From NCBI GenBank assembly GCA_013626165.1, contig NDHX01000004.1, positions 565 to 64,564 on the forward strand: DNA of 64,000 nucleotides, written 5' to 3'. Under the pieces are notes generated by a model. That model made no database searches and had not been told where the DNA came from. It saw nothing but the letters and a program-made list of their open reading frames with translations. Made by a program: the position numbers and the translations under genes. Source of the stretch: Candidatus Velesiimonas alkalicola. Its GTDB lineage: Bacteria; Omnitrophota; Gorgyraeia; Velesiimonadales; Velesiimonadaceae. Below are positions 1-9,290 of this stretch, piece after piece (positions within the stretch are counted from its first letter, which is position 1; each line of letters begins with the position of its first letter).

Positions 1-128
1 GAAAGGTATTCAGTGAATATTTACACAGGAAAGGAGGTGAAAAAGGTAAGTTGGTCTTGAAGTTATAGTTTTTTTATGTTCATAAGGCTCTTTCTTGCAA
101 AGGAGCCTTTAAGAAGGAGGAAAAGAAA

Positions 129-764
129 ATGAAAATGCTTAAAGAATATGGAAAGAGGAGGAAAACAAAGATGAAAAACAAAATAGTGTTAGTCTCGCTG
201 GCTATGTTGTTAAGTCTGAGCCTGGTTACTATCGGTTATTCGGCGCCAGCACCTGATGCTATAGCGCGTATTAGAGCTGCGGCGATGAAAGATATGACCG
301 AGGCAGGGATTACGAGAGCTACCGCTAGGGCTATGCTTAGAGAAGCCATGAAGGCTGACCCAAGCCTGGAGGAAGTGACCACTATCACTGCGGCTATGGT
401 CGACATGCACGAAGCGGGACTGACCCCGGAACACAGCCTGGCTTTGATAAAATTGCACGGAGAGCTTGAAGGTCTCGGGATAGCGCGGGAAATCTTCCTT
501 GAGGAATTCAGCACCCTGGCCGCGGCAAAGATAGATATGCACGAGGCAGGGATTACGGGAGCCGCCGCTATGGCTATGATTAGGGAAGCCATGAAGGCTG
601 ACCCGAGCCTGGAGGAAGTAGCCACTATCATTGCGGATAAGATCGATCTCGTGGACGAACAGCCGGAGCCTCCAGTCGAACAGCAGGAGCCTCCAGTCGA
701 ACAGCAGGAGCCCCAAGATAATGTAGAACAGGAACTCCCAAAGGAACCAGAGGACGAGCGTTGA
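129..764 (+). CDS. Secreted Ala-rich tandem-repeat protein (signal peptide, two ~80-aa internal repeats, C-terminal PEPPVEQQE repeats)
   Basis: ORF with RBS aaggagg upstream. N-terminal hydrophobic signal sequence. Internal repeats AMKDMTEAGIT..REAMKADPSLEEV occur twice. GC-rich codons, unlike the surrounding DNA. No recognisable family. Confidence 0.5.
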   Translation: MKMLKEYGKRRKTKMKNKIVLVSLAMLLSLSLVTIGYSAPAPDAIARIRAAAMKDMTEAGITRATARAMLREAMKADPSLEEVTTITAAMVDMHEAGLTPEHSLALIKLHGELEGLGIAREIFLEEFSTLAAAKIDMHEAGITGAAAMAMIREAMKADPSLEEVATIIADKIDLVDEQPEPPVEQQEPPVEQQEPQDNVEQELPKEPEDER

Positions 765-922
765 TCCGGAGATTGAACAGACCCATAGGTAGGTACAGGG
801 TCTCGACCAATAGTGAGAAGATGCAGAGTATTACTCACCTTGAACACATCTCGACCAAAATGCTGATGGAGCGCCTGCCGAGACTACTTGGGGAGTTTGA
901 GTAGATTTTCCTCGGCCGTCTG

Positions 923-1255
923 CTACGCCGGGAAAGTGACAGGGAAACCCTTGAGAACCAAGCTCATCTGAAGCAGGTTATCGGAAGCGTATTCACAGGC
1001 TTTTGCTCTTTTGGTGTTTATAACATCTAATAAATTAACAGGTACTGAAAACTCTACATAAATAGTTACACTTCCTCTTGTTATTGACTTTTTCAGCAGA
1101 CTTCTTGCCTTTATCTCAAGAGAAGAAAGAAAGAAAGGCATTCTACAATTTAAGTCAAAGAAACGGTGATTACTGCTTTTAATCTCAACAAGCAAAGATC
1201 CCTGCTTTGGCAATTTTTGCACAACCCTGCCAAAACCTGTCATAGAGTTTATCAT
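923..1255 (-). pseudogene. Truncated YicC-family protein (N-terminal domain only)
   Basis: Translation begins MINSMTGFGR, the YicC_N signature. It covers only ~110 aa against ~290 aa for intact YicC. The C-terminal end runs into the GC-rich block at 200–1010 and loses similarity. Confidence 0.5.
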
Positions 1256-1524
1256 AACATTTTTAACCTTTGTAATTTTTACCTTGTCTTCAACTTTTAC
1301 AGTTGCTTTTTTAAGTTCTGGCAACAAAGCAGCAGCAGAGCTGTTTTCTCTTATTTTTTCAATCTGAATCTTTAACTGTTCAGGTAAACAGACTGTAAGA
1401 AGATAGGCTTTTAGACTATTGCCCTGGTGCTCTGGCGCTAACTGCTTACCTTGATTTTTGAACTTTCTATATGGAAAGTGTGGGTCGTTAATAATTTAAC
1501 TTTGATTTCGGGGCACCCGGGATA

Positions 1525-2499
1525 GTGGGCCGTTTGATTTTTGAACTTTCTTATAAGGGGGGCAAACTGAAGCGGGTTCTTGTTACAGGTGGGGCTGGAT
1601 TTATTGGCTCACATCTTTGTGAAAAACTTTTAAATAAAAGATGCGAGGTTCTTTGTTTAGATAGTTTTTATACAGGGATGCGTTCAAATATCCTGCATCT
1701 TCTTTCATATCCATATTTTGAGGTTATAAGGCATGATATATGCTATCCAATTTGTTTAGAAGTTTCTGAGATTTATAACCTTGCCTGTCCAGCTTCTCCT
1801 GTCCATTATCAGCATAATCCGATTCATACTATAAAAACATCTATCCTTGGAAGCATCAATATGCTTGGCCTTGCAAAAAGGGTAAAAGCAAAGATATTAC
1901 AGTCCTCCACAAGTGAGGTTTATGGGGACCCAACAATTCATCCACAGCCTGAAAACTACAGGGGCAATGTCAATCCCACAGGATACAGGGCATGCTATGA
2001 TGAGAGTAAAAGGTGTGCAGAGACACTATTTTTTGACTACCACAGACAGCACAAACTAAAAATAAAGGTTGCAAGAATATTTAATACATATGGACCCAAA
2101 ATGCAAGCAAACGATGGAAGAGTAGTGAGTAATTTTATAGTACAGGCGTTAAAGGAAGAAGCCATCACTGTATATGGTGACGGTAAACAGACAAGGAGTT
2201 TCTGTTATATAGATGATATGATAGACGGACTTTTGAAGATGATGGACAGTCCCGATGACTTTACAGGCCCTGTTAACCTTGGCAATCCTCAAGAATGGAC
2301 AATACTTGAACTTGCAAACCAGGTTATTAAAATTACCGGAACAAAATCAAAAATAGTTTTTAATCCTCTTCCTCCTGATGATCCGCTCCAGAGATGCCCC
2401 GATATAACACTTGCTAATAAAGAATTAAACTGGAAACCAGTTATCAGGTTAGAAGAGGGACTAAAAAAAACCATAGAGTATTTTAGGAAAATATATTAA
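1525..2499 (+). CDS. UDP-glucuronate decarboxylase / NAD-dependent epimerase-dehydratase (UXS-like)
   Basis: [14 protein letters not shown] Rossmann motif; YDESKR catalytic motif; [15 protein letters not shown] typical of UDP-xylose synthase. The true start may lie downstream of the ORF start. Confidence 0.8.
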   Translation: MGRLIFELSYKGGKLKRVLVTGGAGFIGSHLCEKLLNKRCEVLCLDSFYTGMRSNILHLLSYPYFEVIRHDICYPICLEVSEIYNLACPASPVHYQHNPIHTIKTSILGSINMLGLAKRVKAKILQSSTSEVYGDPTIHPQPENYRGNVNPTGYRACYDESKRCAETLFFDYHRQHKLKIKVARIFNTYGPKMQANDGRVVSNFIVQALKEEAITVYGDGKQTRSFCYIDDMIDGLLKMMDSPDDFTGPVNLGNPQEWTILELANQVIKITGTKSKIVFNPLPPDDPLQRCPDITLANKELNWKPVIRLEEGLKKTIEYFRKIY

Positions 2500-2551
2500 A
2501 ACAGTAGATAATTGTAATAAAAATTGCTGAAATGGTTATACAAACACAGAA

Positions 2552-2893
2552 ATGCAGATTATAAAAATAAAAATTTCCTTACAAGAACTAAAAGAGATTT
2601 CACAAGAAACATTCGGGAATCTGGTTAAAGCAGTGGTTGATGTAAATAGACACATTATGGCAATTGGCGGCGATTTGCATTCGGACGAAGAGGCATTATT
2701 ACTTGGGGATGGTTCAAAACAAGAAGATATCTGGGGGATAAATATATATCCGGAGATTCAAGGTGAAGAGTGGATTGAATTTGATTCTGTAATAAATCTA
2801 CGCCCATTACAGGAAAACAATACTAAATATATAAATAATCCTGATATTAGGTTTAAAATTATAGAAATTGTAAATAACCTGATTGAAAAATGA
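2552..2893 (+). CDS. Conserved hypothetical small protein
   Basis: 113-aa ORF overlapping the next gene by 4 bp (ATGA), implying a coupled pair. No motif I can name with confidence. Confidence 0.4.
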   Translation: MQIIKIKISLQELKEISQETFGNLVKAVVDVNRHIMAIGGDLHSDEEALLLGDGSKQEDIWGINIYPEIQGEEWIEFDSVINLRPLQENNTKYINNPDIRFKIIEIVNNLIEK

Positions 2894-3237
2894 ATTATCA
2901 ACATAAACAACTGGCTTCGGGGAAATGGTTTAAATTAACATTTTACGAGCAGATGGCTAATATTGGAAGTGAAGTTGAAAGGGCGATACTGTGGAGAGAA
3001 AAAAACACACAATTCAGCCTTAAAGCCATTTACCGCGCTCTTGAACTTTTGGATCTTACTATCTCTGATACAAAAAATTGTGTGGTATCCAGGTTAAAGG
3101 AACTTTGCAGATTAAGAGAAATATTAGTAGATTGTTTTTGTTTTGATAATTATTATTCTTCCACAGATGAATTCTGGAGAAAATATTTCTATCCATTTTA
3201 TTATGCTGCTCGTAAGGTAACCAATAAATTTATGTGA
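2890..3237 (+). CDS. Hypothetical small protein (second member of a translationally coupled pair)
   Basis: 115-aa ORF with a 4-bp start/stop overlap with the upstream ORF. Followed by a bidirectional terminator. Confidence 0.4.
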   Translation: MNYQHKQLASGKWFKLTFYEQMANIGSEVERAILWREKNTQFSLKAIYRALELLDLTISDTKNCVVSRLKELCRLREILVDCFCFDNYYSSTDEFWRKYFYPFYYAARKVTNKFM

Positions 3238-3297
3238 GTACCACAGACGCAAGTAATAACATAGAAAGTGCAAAAAACTTTTCGCTCCATAAAAAAA

Positions 3298-3335
3298 GCC
3301 CCCGGACTTTAATTTTAAGTCTGGGGGCTTTTTTT
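3298..3335. terminator. Bidirectional rho-independent terminator
   Basis: A 10-bp GC-rich stem (gcccccggac / gtctgggggc, one G-U pair) with an 11-nt loop. Flanked by an A7 run on one side and a T7 run on the other, between convergent genes. Confidence 0.6.
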
Positions 3336-3354
3336 ATAAACTGCAACCAGGTGG

Positions 3355-4707
3355 TTAGAATACGAGCGTCACACCTCCAACTAGCTGGAAGGCATCTGTT
3401 GTTGACACGCGAGCACGAGGAACACGAAATTCAGCGGCATAAACATCTCTTACATAGTCATCTGGTATAAACCATGCACCAAGAACCCTGAATGTTACAT
3501 CCTCTGTGTATGCATATCGGACAATAAGATTCACTTCCTCTCCGATTCTCTTGTTTACACCTGGGGCTGTTTCATCGGCCTGGAAATGATAAAGGCTTGC
3601 ACCTAATGTAATATTCTCTATTGGTATTATAGAACCGCCAATTTTTGCAACCTTAAGGTTGCTGTTCCCGTAGATATAGTCCACGATGGAGCCCCATGTC
3701 TGGTCCTCAAAGAATGGGTTCCATGACCCTATTTTATGGTCCCTTGGATTATTATCACCGGAGAACCATGCAAGCGCTGCGCCAAGCTTTGGCGTGTACT
3801 CACCCTCAAATGTATATTCTGCGCCAACATTGGTTGCAAATGCTCTGCGGTCAAGGTCTCTCATACCAACTCTTTCTGTTGTACCAAACTGACGTGCATA
3901 CTCACCTTTCAGAAGCCATCCGTCTGCTGGTTTTGTACTTCCACGGATACCTGCAACTGCAATATTTTCTCTGAAAAGTGGTCTTTCCAACCTGTTGTGA
4001 ACATTAAGAAGGTATCCTTCTACTTCTGCATCATATTCGTCAAATTTATAACCAACATTTACTCCATAAAGGTCTGCATCTTTACTGTCTCTTTCCGGTC
4101 TTTCGGCTAACTTTGCAAGAATAAGGTCTATCGTCCACGGCTCATATAGCAATACAGCCGTTATGGCATCAAATGCTTTTCTTGATGATACATCATCATC
4201 CACATCCACGGTTGCTGCGTCCCGATCTATTCCCCCTACTCCTACTTCGCCTCTCGGATCTGGTATTCTGTGTAGAGCCGTCTCAATCCTGTTCTGACCA
4301 AGAACAAAGCCTTCTCCAAGGACAATATTCTGGCGACCCATTTTAAGCGTTAAAGGGGAATACAGCACCTCCTTTAGTGTTACATATGCAAGGTCAAGCT
4401 CAATATCTATTGTGCGTTCTTCTACTCCTCCCCAATCTCTCCTGTTTAAGAGTCTTATTACTCCTTCAACATTGTCCGTAAGGTCCACATAAGCCCCAAC
4501 CCTTGCTGTTGACTGATACCAATTTCTACCTTCGGTAGAAACATCAACACCCGCCAGTCTATCAACACCAGGATATGGCCTTTCATATCCCCACCTTGAT
4601 ATCCCATGCACTGAGATATCGCCAGAAACTCTTATATTCTGGACTGCTGCAAACAATGGCAAACCCATTAAAAGCAGTGCCATTGCAATAAAAAACATTT
4701 TTTTCAA
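3355..4707 (-). CDS. Outer-membrane beta-barrel protein (porin-like)
   Basis: N-terminal signal peptide MKKMFFIAMALLLMGLPLFA. Alternating amphipathic beta-strand pattern. C-terminal ...GGVTLVF with terminal Phe, typical of OMPs. Confidence 0.55.
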   Translation of the reverse strand: MKKMFFIAMALLLMGLPLFAAVQNIRVSGDISVHGISRWGYERPYPGVDRLAGVDVSTEGRNWYQSTARVGAYVDLTDNVEGVIRLLNRRDWGGVEERTIDIELDLAYVTLKEVLYSPLTLKMGRQNIVLGEGFVLGQNRIETALHRIPDPRGEVGVGGIDRDAATVDVDDDVSSRKAFDAITAVLLYEPWTIDLILAKLAERPERDSKDADLYGVNVGYKFDEYDAEVEGYLLNVHNRLERPLFRENIAVAGIRGSTKPADGWLLKGEYARQFGTTERVGMRDLDRRAFATNVGAEYTFEGEYTPKLGAALAWFSGDNNPRDHKIGSWNPFFEDQTWGSIVDYIYGNSNLKVAKIGGSIIPIENITLGASLYHFQADETAPGVNKRIGEEVNLIVRYAYTEDVTFRVLGAWFIPDDYVRDVYAAEFRVPRARVSTTDAFQLVGGVTLVF

Positions 4708-5011
4708 TTTTCCTCCTTATTTTTAAAACAAGGTGCAATCCGAAAAGATTTTTTTAAGTTAAGATATGTATTTCCCTTCTCGTTTCTCACCTTGAGAATT
4801 AACATGTGCTATATAGTAATCGTTGCATTTCCGACAACCTTTGACTGTTCAAGAAATCCCTCACCTCCTTCTTGTCATAGATTAAGGATGTCTGCAACGG
4901 TTAAGCCCGAAACACAAGATAGACACAGACTATCTGAATATCTCATTATACAACATATTTCAGTTTTGTCAAGTACTTTTTTTTAATTTTTTTTTACCCT
5001 GTTAAATTGAT

Positions 5012-5098
5012 ATCAGTGCACCAGGGCACCAGGGCACCAGTGCACCAAAGCATCAGTGCACAGGGCACCAGAGCACCAGGGCACCAGAGCACCAGATA
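5012..5098. repeat. Tandem octamer repeat (GCACCAGR)x~11, longest copy of a dispersed intergenic family
   Basis: Direct reading: gcaccagg gcaccagg gcaccagt gcaccaaa gcatcagt gcacaggg caccagag ... Intergenic. Followed by GC-rich palindromic sequence to ~5240. Confidence 0.8.
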
Positions 5099-5283
5099 TG
5101 ATATGAAAGAAGGGGAGATTTTCGCCCCCTTTTATAAAGGTGGACCCTTCCCCTCCCCCCCCATTTATAAAGATGGCGGGGCGCCCATCCAAAGGATGGG
5201 TCGGGGGATTATGTTTTCCCCACCCAAAGGGCGCTTGCCTTAAACCCTTGATATCTTGACGCCTATTTTTTCCCTATTCCCTT

Positions 5284-6438
5284 CTATAAAGAAGCAAATT
5301 CTTTTATAAGACCTGTTCCTATTATTGACCTCTGTATCTGATTTGTGCCTTCGTATATCTGTGTAATCTTTGCATCCCTCATAAACTTTTCAACAGGGCA
5401 GTCCCTCATATACCCATAACCACCAAATATCTGAACTGCATCTGTTGTAACCTTCATTGCTGTATCTGAGGCAAAAAGTTTTGCCATTGCAGACTCTTTG
5501 CTTACCCTGGTATTTCCCGAATCAACCATTCTTGCCACTGAATAAACAAGAGCTCTTGCTGCTTCAACCTGTGTTGCCATATCTGCAAGCATAAACTGTA
5601 TGCCCTGAAATGATATTATTGGTTTTCCAAACTGAACCCTTTTTCTTGCATATTCAACCGCAAGGTCAAGTGCCCCTTGTGCAATACCAACAGATTGTGA
5701 TGCAACACCCGGGCGTGATATATCAAGAGTTTTCATTGCAACAACAAAACCAAGCCCCTCTTTTCCAAGAATATTTTCTTTTGGAACCTCGCAGTCAGTA
5801 AAAACAAGTTCTTTTGTTGCAGAAGCCCTTATACCTAACTTTTTTTCCTTTTTACCAAATGTAAATCCCGGTGTTCCTTTTTCAACTATAAATACACTTG
5901 CACCTCTTGCTCCTTTGTTTTTATCCGTCATTGCAATTATTATATAGGTTTCTGCTTCCCCACCGTTTGTAATCCACTGTTTTGTTCCGTTTAATATATA
6001 ATAATCCCCCTGGTTTTTTGCGGTTGTTTGAATACCTGATATATCAGAACCTGCGCTTGCCTCTGTTAGTCCGAATGCAGCTATTTTTTTACCCGATGCA
6101 AGGTCTGGAAGATACTTTTGTTTTTGAACATCATTCCCGTAAAGTATTATAGGATATGTTCCCAACGCACTTGCTGCATAACATACTGCAATACCCCCGC
6201 ATGCACAGGAAAGCTCTTCTGTGACAAGACACAGATCCAGAACCCCTCCGCCTGTTCCCCCATATTTTTCCTCTATATACACACCAAATAAGTCGCTCTC
6301 TGAAAGAACCTTCATTATCTGCCAGGGAAATTCCTCTGTTTCATCATAGTATGCAGAAACAGGCTGTATCTTTTCCTTTGCAATCTTTCTTGCAAGTTCT
6401 TTTGCCATTATCTGTTGTTCACTTAAAAAGTAGTCCAT
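5284..6438 (-). CDS. Acyl-CoA dehydrogenase (short-chain/butyryl-CoA type)
   Basis: Full-length ACAD architecture. YGGTG..., the catalytic region and IYEGTNQIQR near the C-terminus. Confidence 0.9.
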   Translation of the reverse strand: MDYFLSEQQIMAKELARKIAKEKIQPVSAYYDETEEFPWQIMKVLSESDLFGVYIEEKYGGTGGGVLDLCLVTEELSCACGGIAVCYAASALGTYPIILYGNDVQKQKYLPDLASGKKIAAFGLTEASAGSDISGIQTTAKNQGDYYILNGTKQWITNGGEAETYIIIAMTDKNKGARGASVFIVEKGTPGFTFGKKEKKLGIRASATKELVFTDCEVPKENILGKEGLGFVVAMKTLDISRPGVASQSVGIAQGALDLAVEYARKRVQFGKPIISFQGIQFMLADMATQVEAARALVYSVARMVDSGNTRVSKESAMAKLFASDTAMKVTTDAVQIFGGYGYMRDCPVEKFMRDAKITQIYEGTNQIQRSIIGTGLIKEFASL

Positions 6439-6486
6439 CTAACCTCTCGGTTGCCAGAGCACCAGGCCACCGGAACACCAGTTTGT

Positions 6487-7719
6487 TTATATTTTTCTCA
6501 ACACAATACTTGCATTGTGTCCGCCAAAACCAAAAGAGTTTGACATCGCAATTTTAACATCCCGCCTTCTTGCGGTATTGGGAACATAATCCAAATCACA
6601 GTCAGGGTCTGGATATTCATAGTTTATTGTAGGCGGGATGACGCTGTGATATATTGACAGAACAGATGCAATAAGTTCAACCCCTGCTGCTGCACCCAAA
6701 AGGTGCCCTATCATAGATTTTGTTGAACTTATTGCAACCTTTTTTGCATAATCACCAAACACTTTCTTAACTGCAATTGTTTCTATTTTGTCATTTAACT
6801 GTGTGGATGTTCCATGTGCATTGATATACACAACTTCTTCAGGTGCGAGTTTTGCATCATTCAGTGCTGATTTCATACAGCGGAAAGCACCGTCCCCCAG
6901 CGGGTCGGGTGCTGTTATGTGATATGCATCCGAGCTTGCACCGTAGCCTATAACTTCTGCATATATTTTAGCATTTCTCTTCCTGGCATTCTCAATATCC
7001 TCAAGTATGACAATACCTGCACCCTCGCCGATGAGAAATCCGTCCCTCTCTTTGTCAAAGGGTCTGGATGCTTTTTCAGGTTGGTCATTTTTTGTGGTAA
7101 GCGCTTTAAGGGCACAGAATCCTGCAACACCCAATTGTGTGATGCAGGATTCTGTGCCTCCAGCAACCATAACTCTGGCATCTCCATACCGGATTGTGCG
7201 AAATGCCTGTCCAATGCTATGATTCCCGGATGCACAGGCACTGGCACAGCAAAAATTAGGGCCCTTTAGTCCATAATAGATGGATATCAAACCGGATGCC
7301 ATATCAGGAATCAACATTGGGATAAAAAAAGGAGTAACCTTTGAAGGTCCTTTTTCTATAAGAACGCGCATCTGCTCTTCCATAATAGGAAGCCCGCCTA
7401 TTCCTGAACCGACGAGCACACCAATAGTGTTTTTATCTTCTTTTTCCAAATCAAGACCTGCATCCTGAATTGCCATTTTTGAAGCGCATATAGCAAACTG
7501 TATAAATCTTTCCATTCTTTTTAATTCTTTAGGGTTTATACAGCCTGATGGATCAAAGCTCTTTACCTCTGATGCAATCTTTGTCGGAAAATTTGTCGGA
7601 TCAAAAAATGTTATAGGTCCTGCCCCGCTTTTCCCGTTTATAATAGAATCCCAGAATGCGGTTGTATTGTTCCCGACCGGAGATATAACACCCAAACCTG
7701 TAATAACAACTCTATTCAC
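6487..7719 (-). CDS. fabF: 3-oxoacyl-[ACP] synthase II
   Basis: MNRVVITGLGVISPVGN start; active-site ..ACASG..; HGTSTQLND and GHLLGAAG motifs. Sits directly downstream of acpP. Confidence 0.9.
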   Translation of the reverse strand: MNRVVITGLGVISPVGNNTTAFWDSIINGKSGAGPITFFDPTNFPTKIASEVKSFDPSGCINPKELKRMERFIQFAICASKMAIQDAGLDLEKEDKNTIGVLVGSGIGGLPIMEEQMRVLIEKGPSKVTPFFIPMLIPDMASGLISIYYGLKGPNFCCASACASGNHSIGQAFRTIRYGDARVMVAGGTESCITQLGVAGFCALKALTTKNDQPEKASRPFDKERDGFLIGEGAGIVILEDIENARKRNAKIYAEVIGYGASSDAYHITAPDPLGDGAFRCMKSALNDAKLAPEEVVYINAHGTSTQLNDKIETIAVKKVFGDYAKKVAISSTKSMIGHLLGAAAGVELIASVLSIYHSVIPPTINYEYPDPDCDLDYVPNTARRRDVKIAMSNSFGFGGHNASIVLRKI

Positions 7720-7729
7720 AACCTATCCT

Positions 7730-7972
7730 TTATTTTTTCACAGATTTTTCTTCTATATATTTTATGGCATCCCCAACTGTTTTTAATTTTTCAGCCTCTT
7801 CATCCGGAATTTCCATACCAAATTCTTCTTCTAATGCCATAACAAGCTCAACCGTGTCAAGTGAATCCGCACCAAGGTCATTAATAAATGATGCCTCCGG
7901 TGTCACTTCTTCCGGTTTTATACCAAGTTGTTCAACAATTATCGCCTTTGTTTTTTCTACCAATTCTGACAT
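7730..7972 (-). CDS. acpP: Acyl carrier protein
   Basis: 80 aa with the [21 protein letters not shown] phosphopantetheine-attachment motif. Confidence 0.9.
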   Translation of the reverse strand: MSELVEKTKAIIVEQLGIKPEEVTPEASFINDLGADSLDTVELVMALEEEFGMEIPDEEAEKLKTVGDAIKYIEEKSVKK

Positions 7973-8029
7973 TTTTTCCTCCTTTTTAAGAATATTAAAG
8001 AGTTATCTTAAAATATAAAATAGTGGTTG

Positions 8030-9181
8030 TCAAGAGCCTGCTGTTTTTCTCACCACCTGTTCTATATCCTGTGTTGTGAACTTAAATCCAATATTTCTTA
8101 AAGACCTTTGTGAATTTTTTTCAATCCTTGTTATGAGGTTTTCTATATCTTTTTCTTCTATTCCAATAGTTTTCAATGAAGGTTTAAGATTTATTTTTTC
8201 CATAAGTTCAATAATTTTGCCTTCGGAATTTTCAACTTTTCTATTTGCAAAGTCTCCGACAAATGCTTTATCCAAGACCTCAACCCTCTGTGCATACCTT
8301 TCTCTGATAAGACTTATAATTTGGGGTAAGAACATTAAACTTGCATAGCCGTGATGCACACTCCAGTCAAGTGTAAGCGTATAACCCATACCATGCCCAA
8401 GCATTGTGCCTGTACAATTCAAAGACACACCTGCAACAAGGGATGAAAGCATCATCTGTTCCCTTGCCTGTTTATCTTTTCCATCTTTTACCGCAACCGG
8501 AAGCCATCTAAATATCATTGCTATTGTTTCTTTATTTAATATGTCTGTTATAGGATTTGCCCTTACTGAAAGTATGCCTTCTATACAGTGTGAAAGAGCA
8601 TCCAATCCGGTAGAAGCGGTTAAATATGGATTAAGTGTATATGTCAAGGAAGGATCACAGAATGCAATATCCGGCATAATTGAAAGTGATGCTATTGTCT
8701 TTTTTGTATTATTATCTTCATCTACAATAACAGAAAATCTTGTTACTTCACTTCCTGTGCCGCTTGTTGTAGGAATAAGTGCGATAGGGCAGGGAGGATT
8801 TTGGACAAGTTCTTCCCCAAAATATTTGTTTAAACCCTGTGAGTTGCTTGAAAGGACGGCGACTGCTTTTGCAGTATCCATCGCACTTCCACCTCCGATG
8901 CCCAATACGAAATCACACCCTTGCCCTTTAAATGCCTGTGCTGCTTTTTCAACAGTTTTTACAGATGGATTTTCTTCAACATCAGAAAATATTGCCCACC
9001 TAATGGAAATATTTTCCAACTTTTTTTGTATTTTTTCTAAAAGCCCGGTAGAATAAACAAAGTGTTTTCCCGTTATAATAAGTGGTTTTTTGCCAAGCCT
9101 TGAAATCTGTGGAATACTTTCAAGAACCTCACATCCAAAATACACTTTGGTTTTTATATAAAACAAGAAAGGCGCTATCAT
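8030..9181 (-). CDS. Iron-containing alcohol dehydrogenase
   Basis: GGGSAMDTAKAVAV NAD-binding motif and conserved His cluster of the Fe-ADH family. Confidence 0.85.
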   Translation of the reverse strand: MIAPFLFYIKTKVYFGCEVLESIPQISRLGKKPLIITGKHFVYSTGLLEKIQKKLENISIRWAIFSDVEENPSVKTVEKAAQAFKGQGCDFVLGIGGGSAMDTAKAVAVLSSNSQGLNKYFGEELVQNPPCPIALIPTTSGTGSEVTRFSVIVDEDNNTKKTIASLSIMPDIAFCDPSLTYTLNPYLTASTGLDALSHCIEGILSVRANPITDILNKETIAMIFRWLPVAVKDGKDKQAREQMMLSSLVAGVSLNCTGTMLGHGMGYTLTLDWSVHHGYASLMFLPQIISLIRERYAQRVEVLDKAFVGDFANRKVENSEGKIIELMEKINLKPSLKTIGIEEKDIENLITRIEKNSQRSLRNIGFKFTTQDIEQVVRKTAGS

Positions 9182-9254
9182 AATATATTAGTTTCAACAG
9201 GGCGAACACCATAGGTTCGCCCCTACGCCATCTATATTGTCTTCTTTTTCCCCC

Positions 9255-9290
9255 ACCCACTATCTACTACCTACTACCTACTATCTTTTC
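9255..9290. repeat. TAGGTAGTAG-type tandem repeat (reverse orientation) immediately after the fabH stop
   Basis: Plus strand ctactacctactacctactatc, i.e. GATAGTAGGTAGTAGGTAGTAG on the transcribed strand. Confidence 0.7.

Noticed and set aside
3234-3470. 78-aa plus-strand ORF
   Set aside because: It overlaps the terminator and the 3' end of the minus-strand OMP gene, has no RBS and is low complexity. Likely spurious.
5012-5098. Possible CRISPR array given the regular short repeats
   Set aside because: The units are contiguous 8-mers with no spacers, far shorter than CRISPR repeats. No cas genes are nearby. This is a tandem microrepeat family.
4792-5243. ORFs 4792–4986 and 5007–5243
   Set aside because: The second is merely the translation of the octamer repeat plus GC-palindromes (HQGTRAPVHQ…). 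The first has no start context. Both are treated as non-coding.
9201-9221. ggcgaacaccataggttcgcc palindrome as fabH terminator
   Set aside because: On the transcript it is followed by UGUUGAAAC rather than a U-tract and lies only ~20 nt before the adh start. It is more likely part of the GC-palindrome family or a leader structure.
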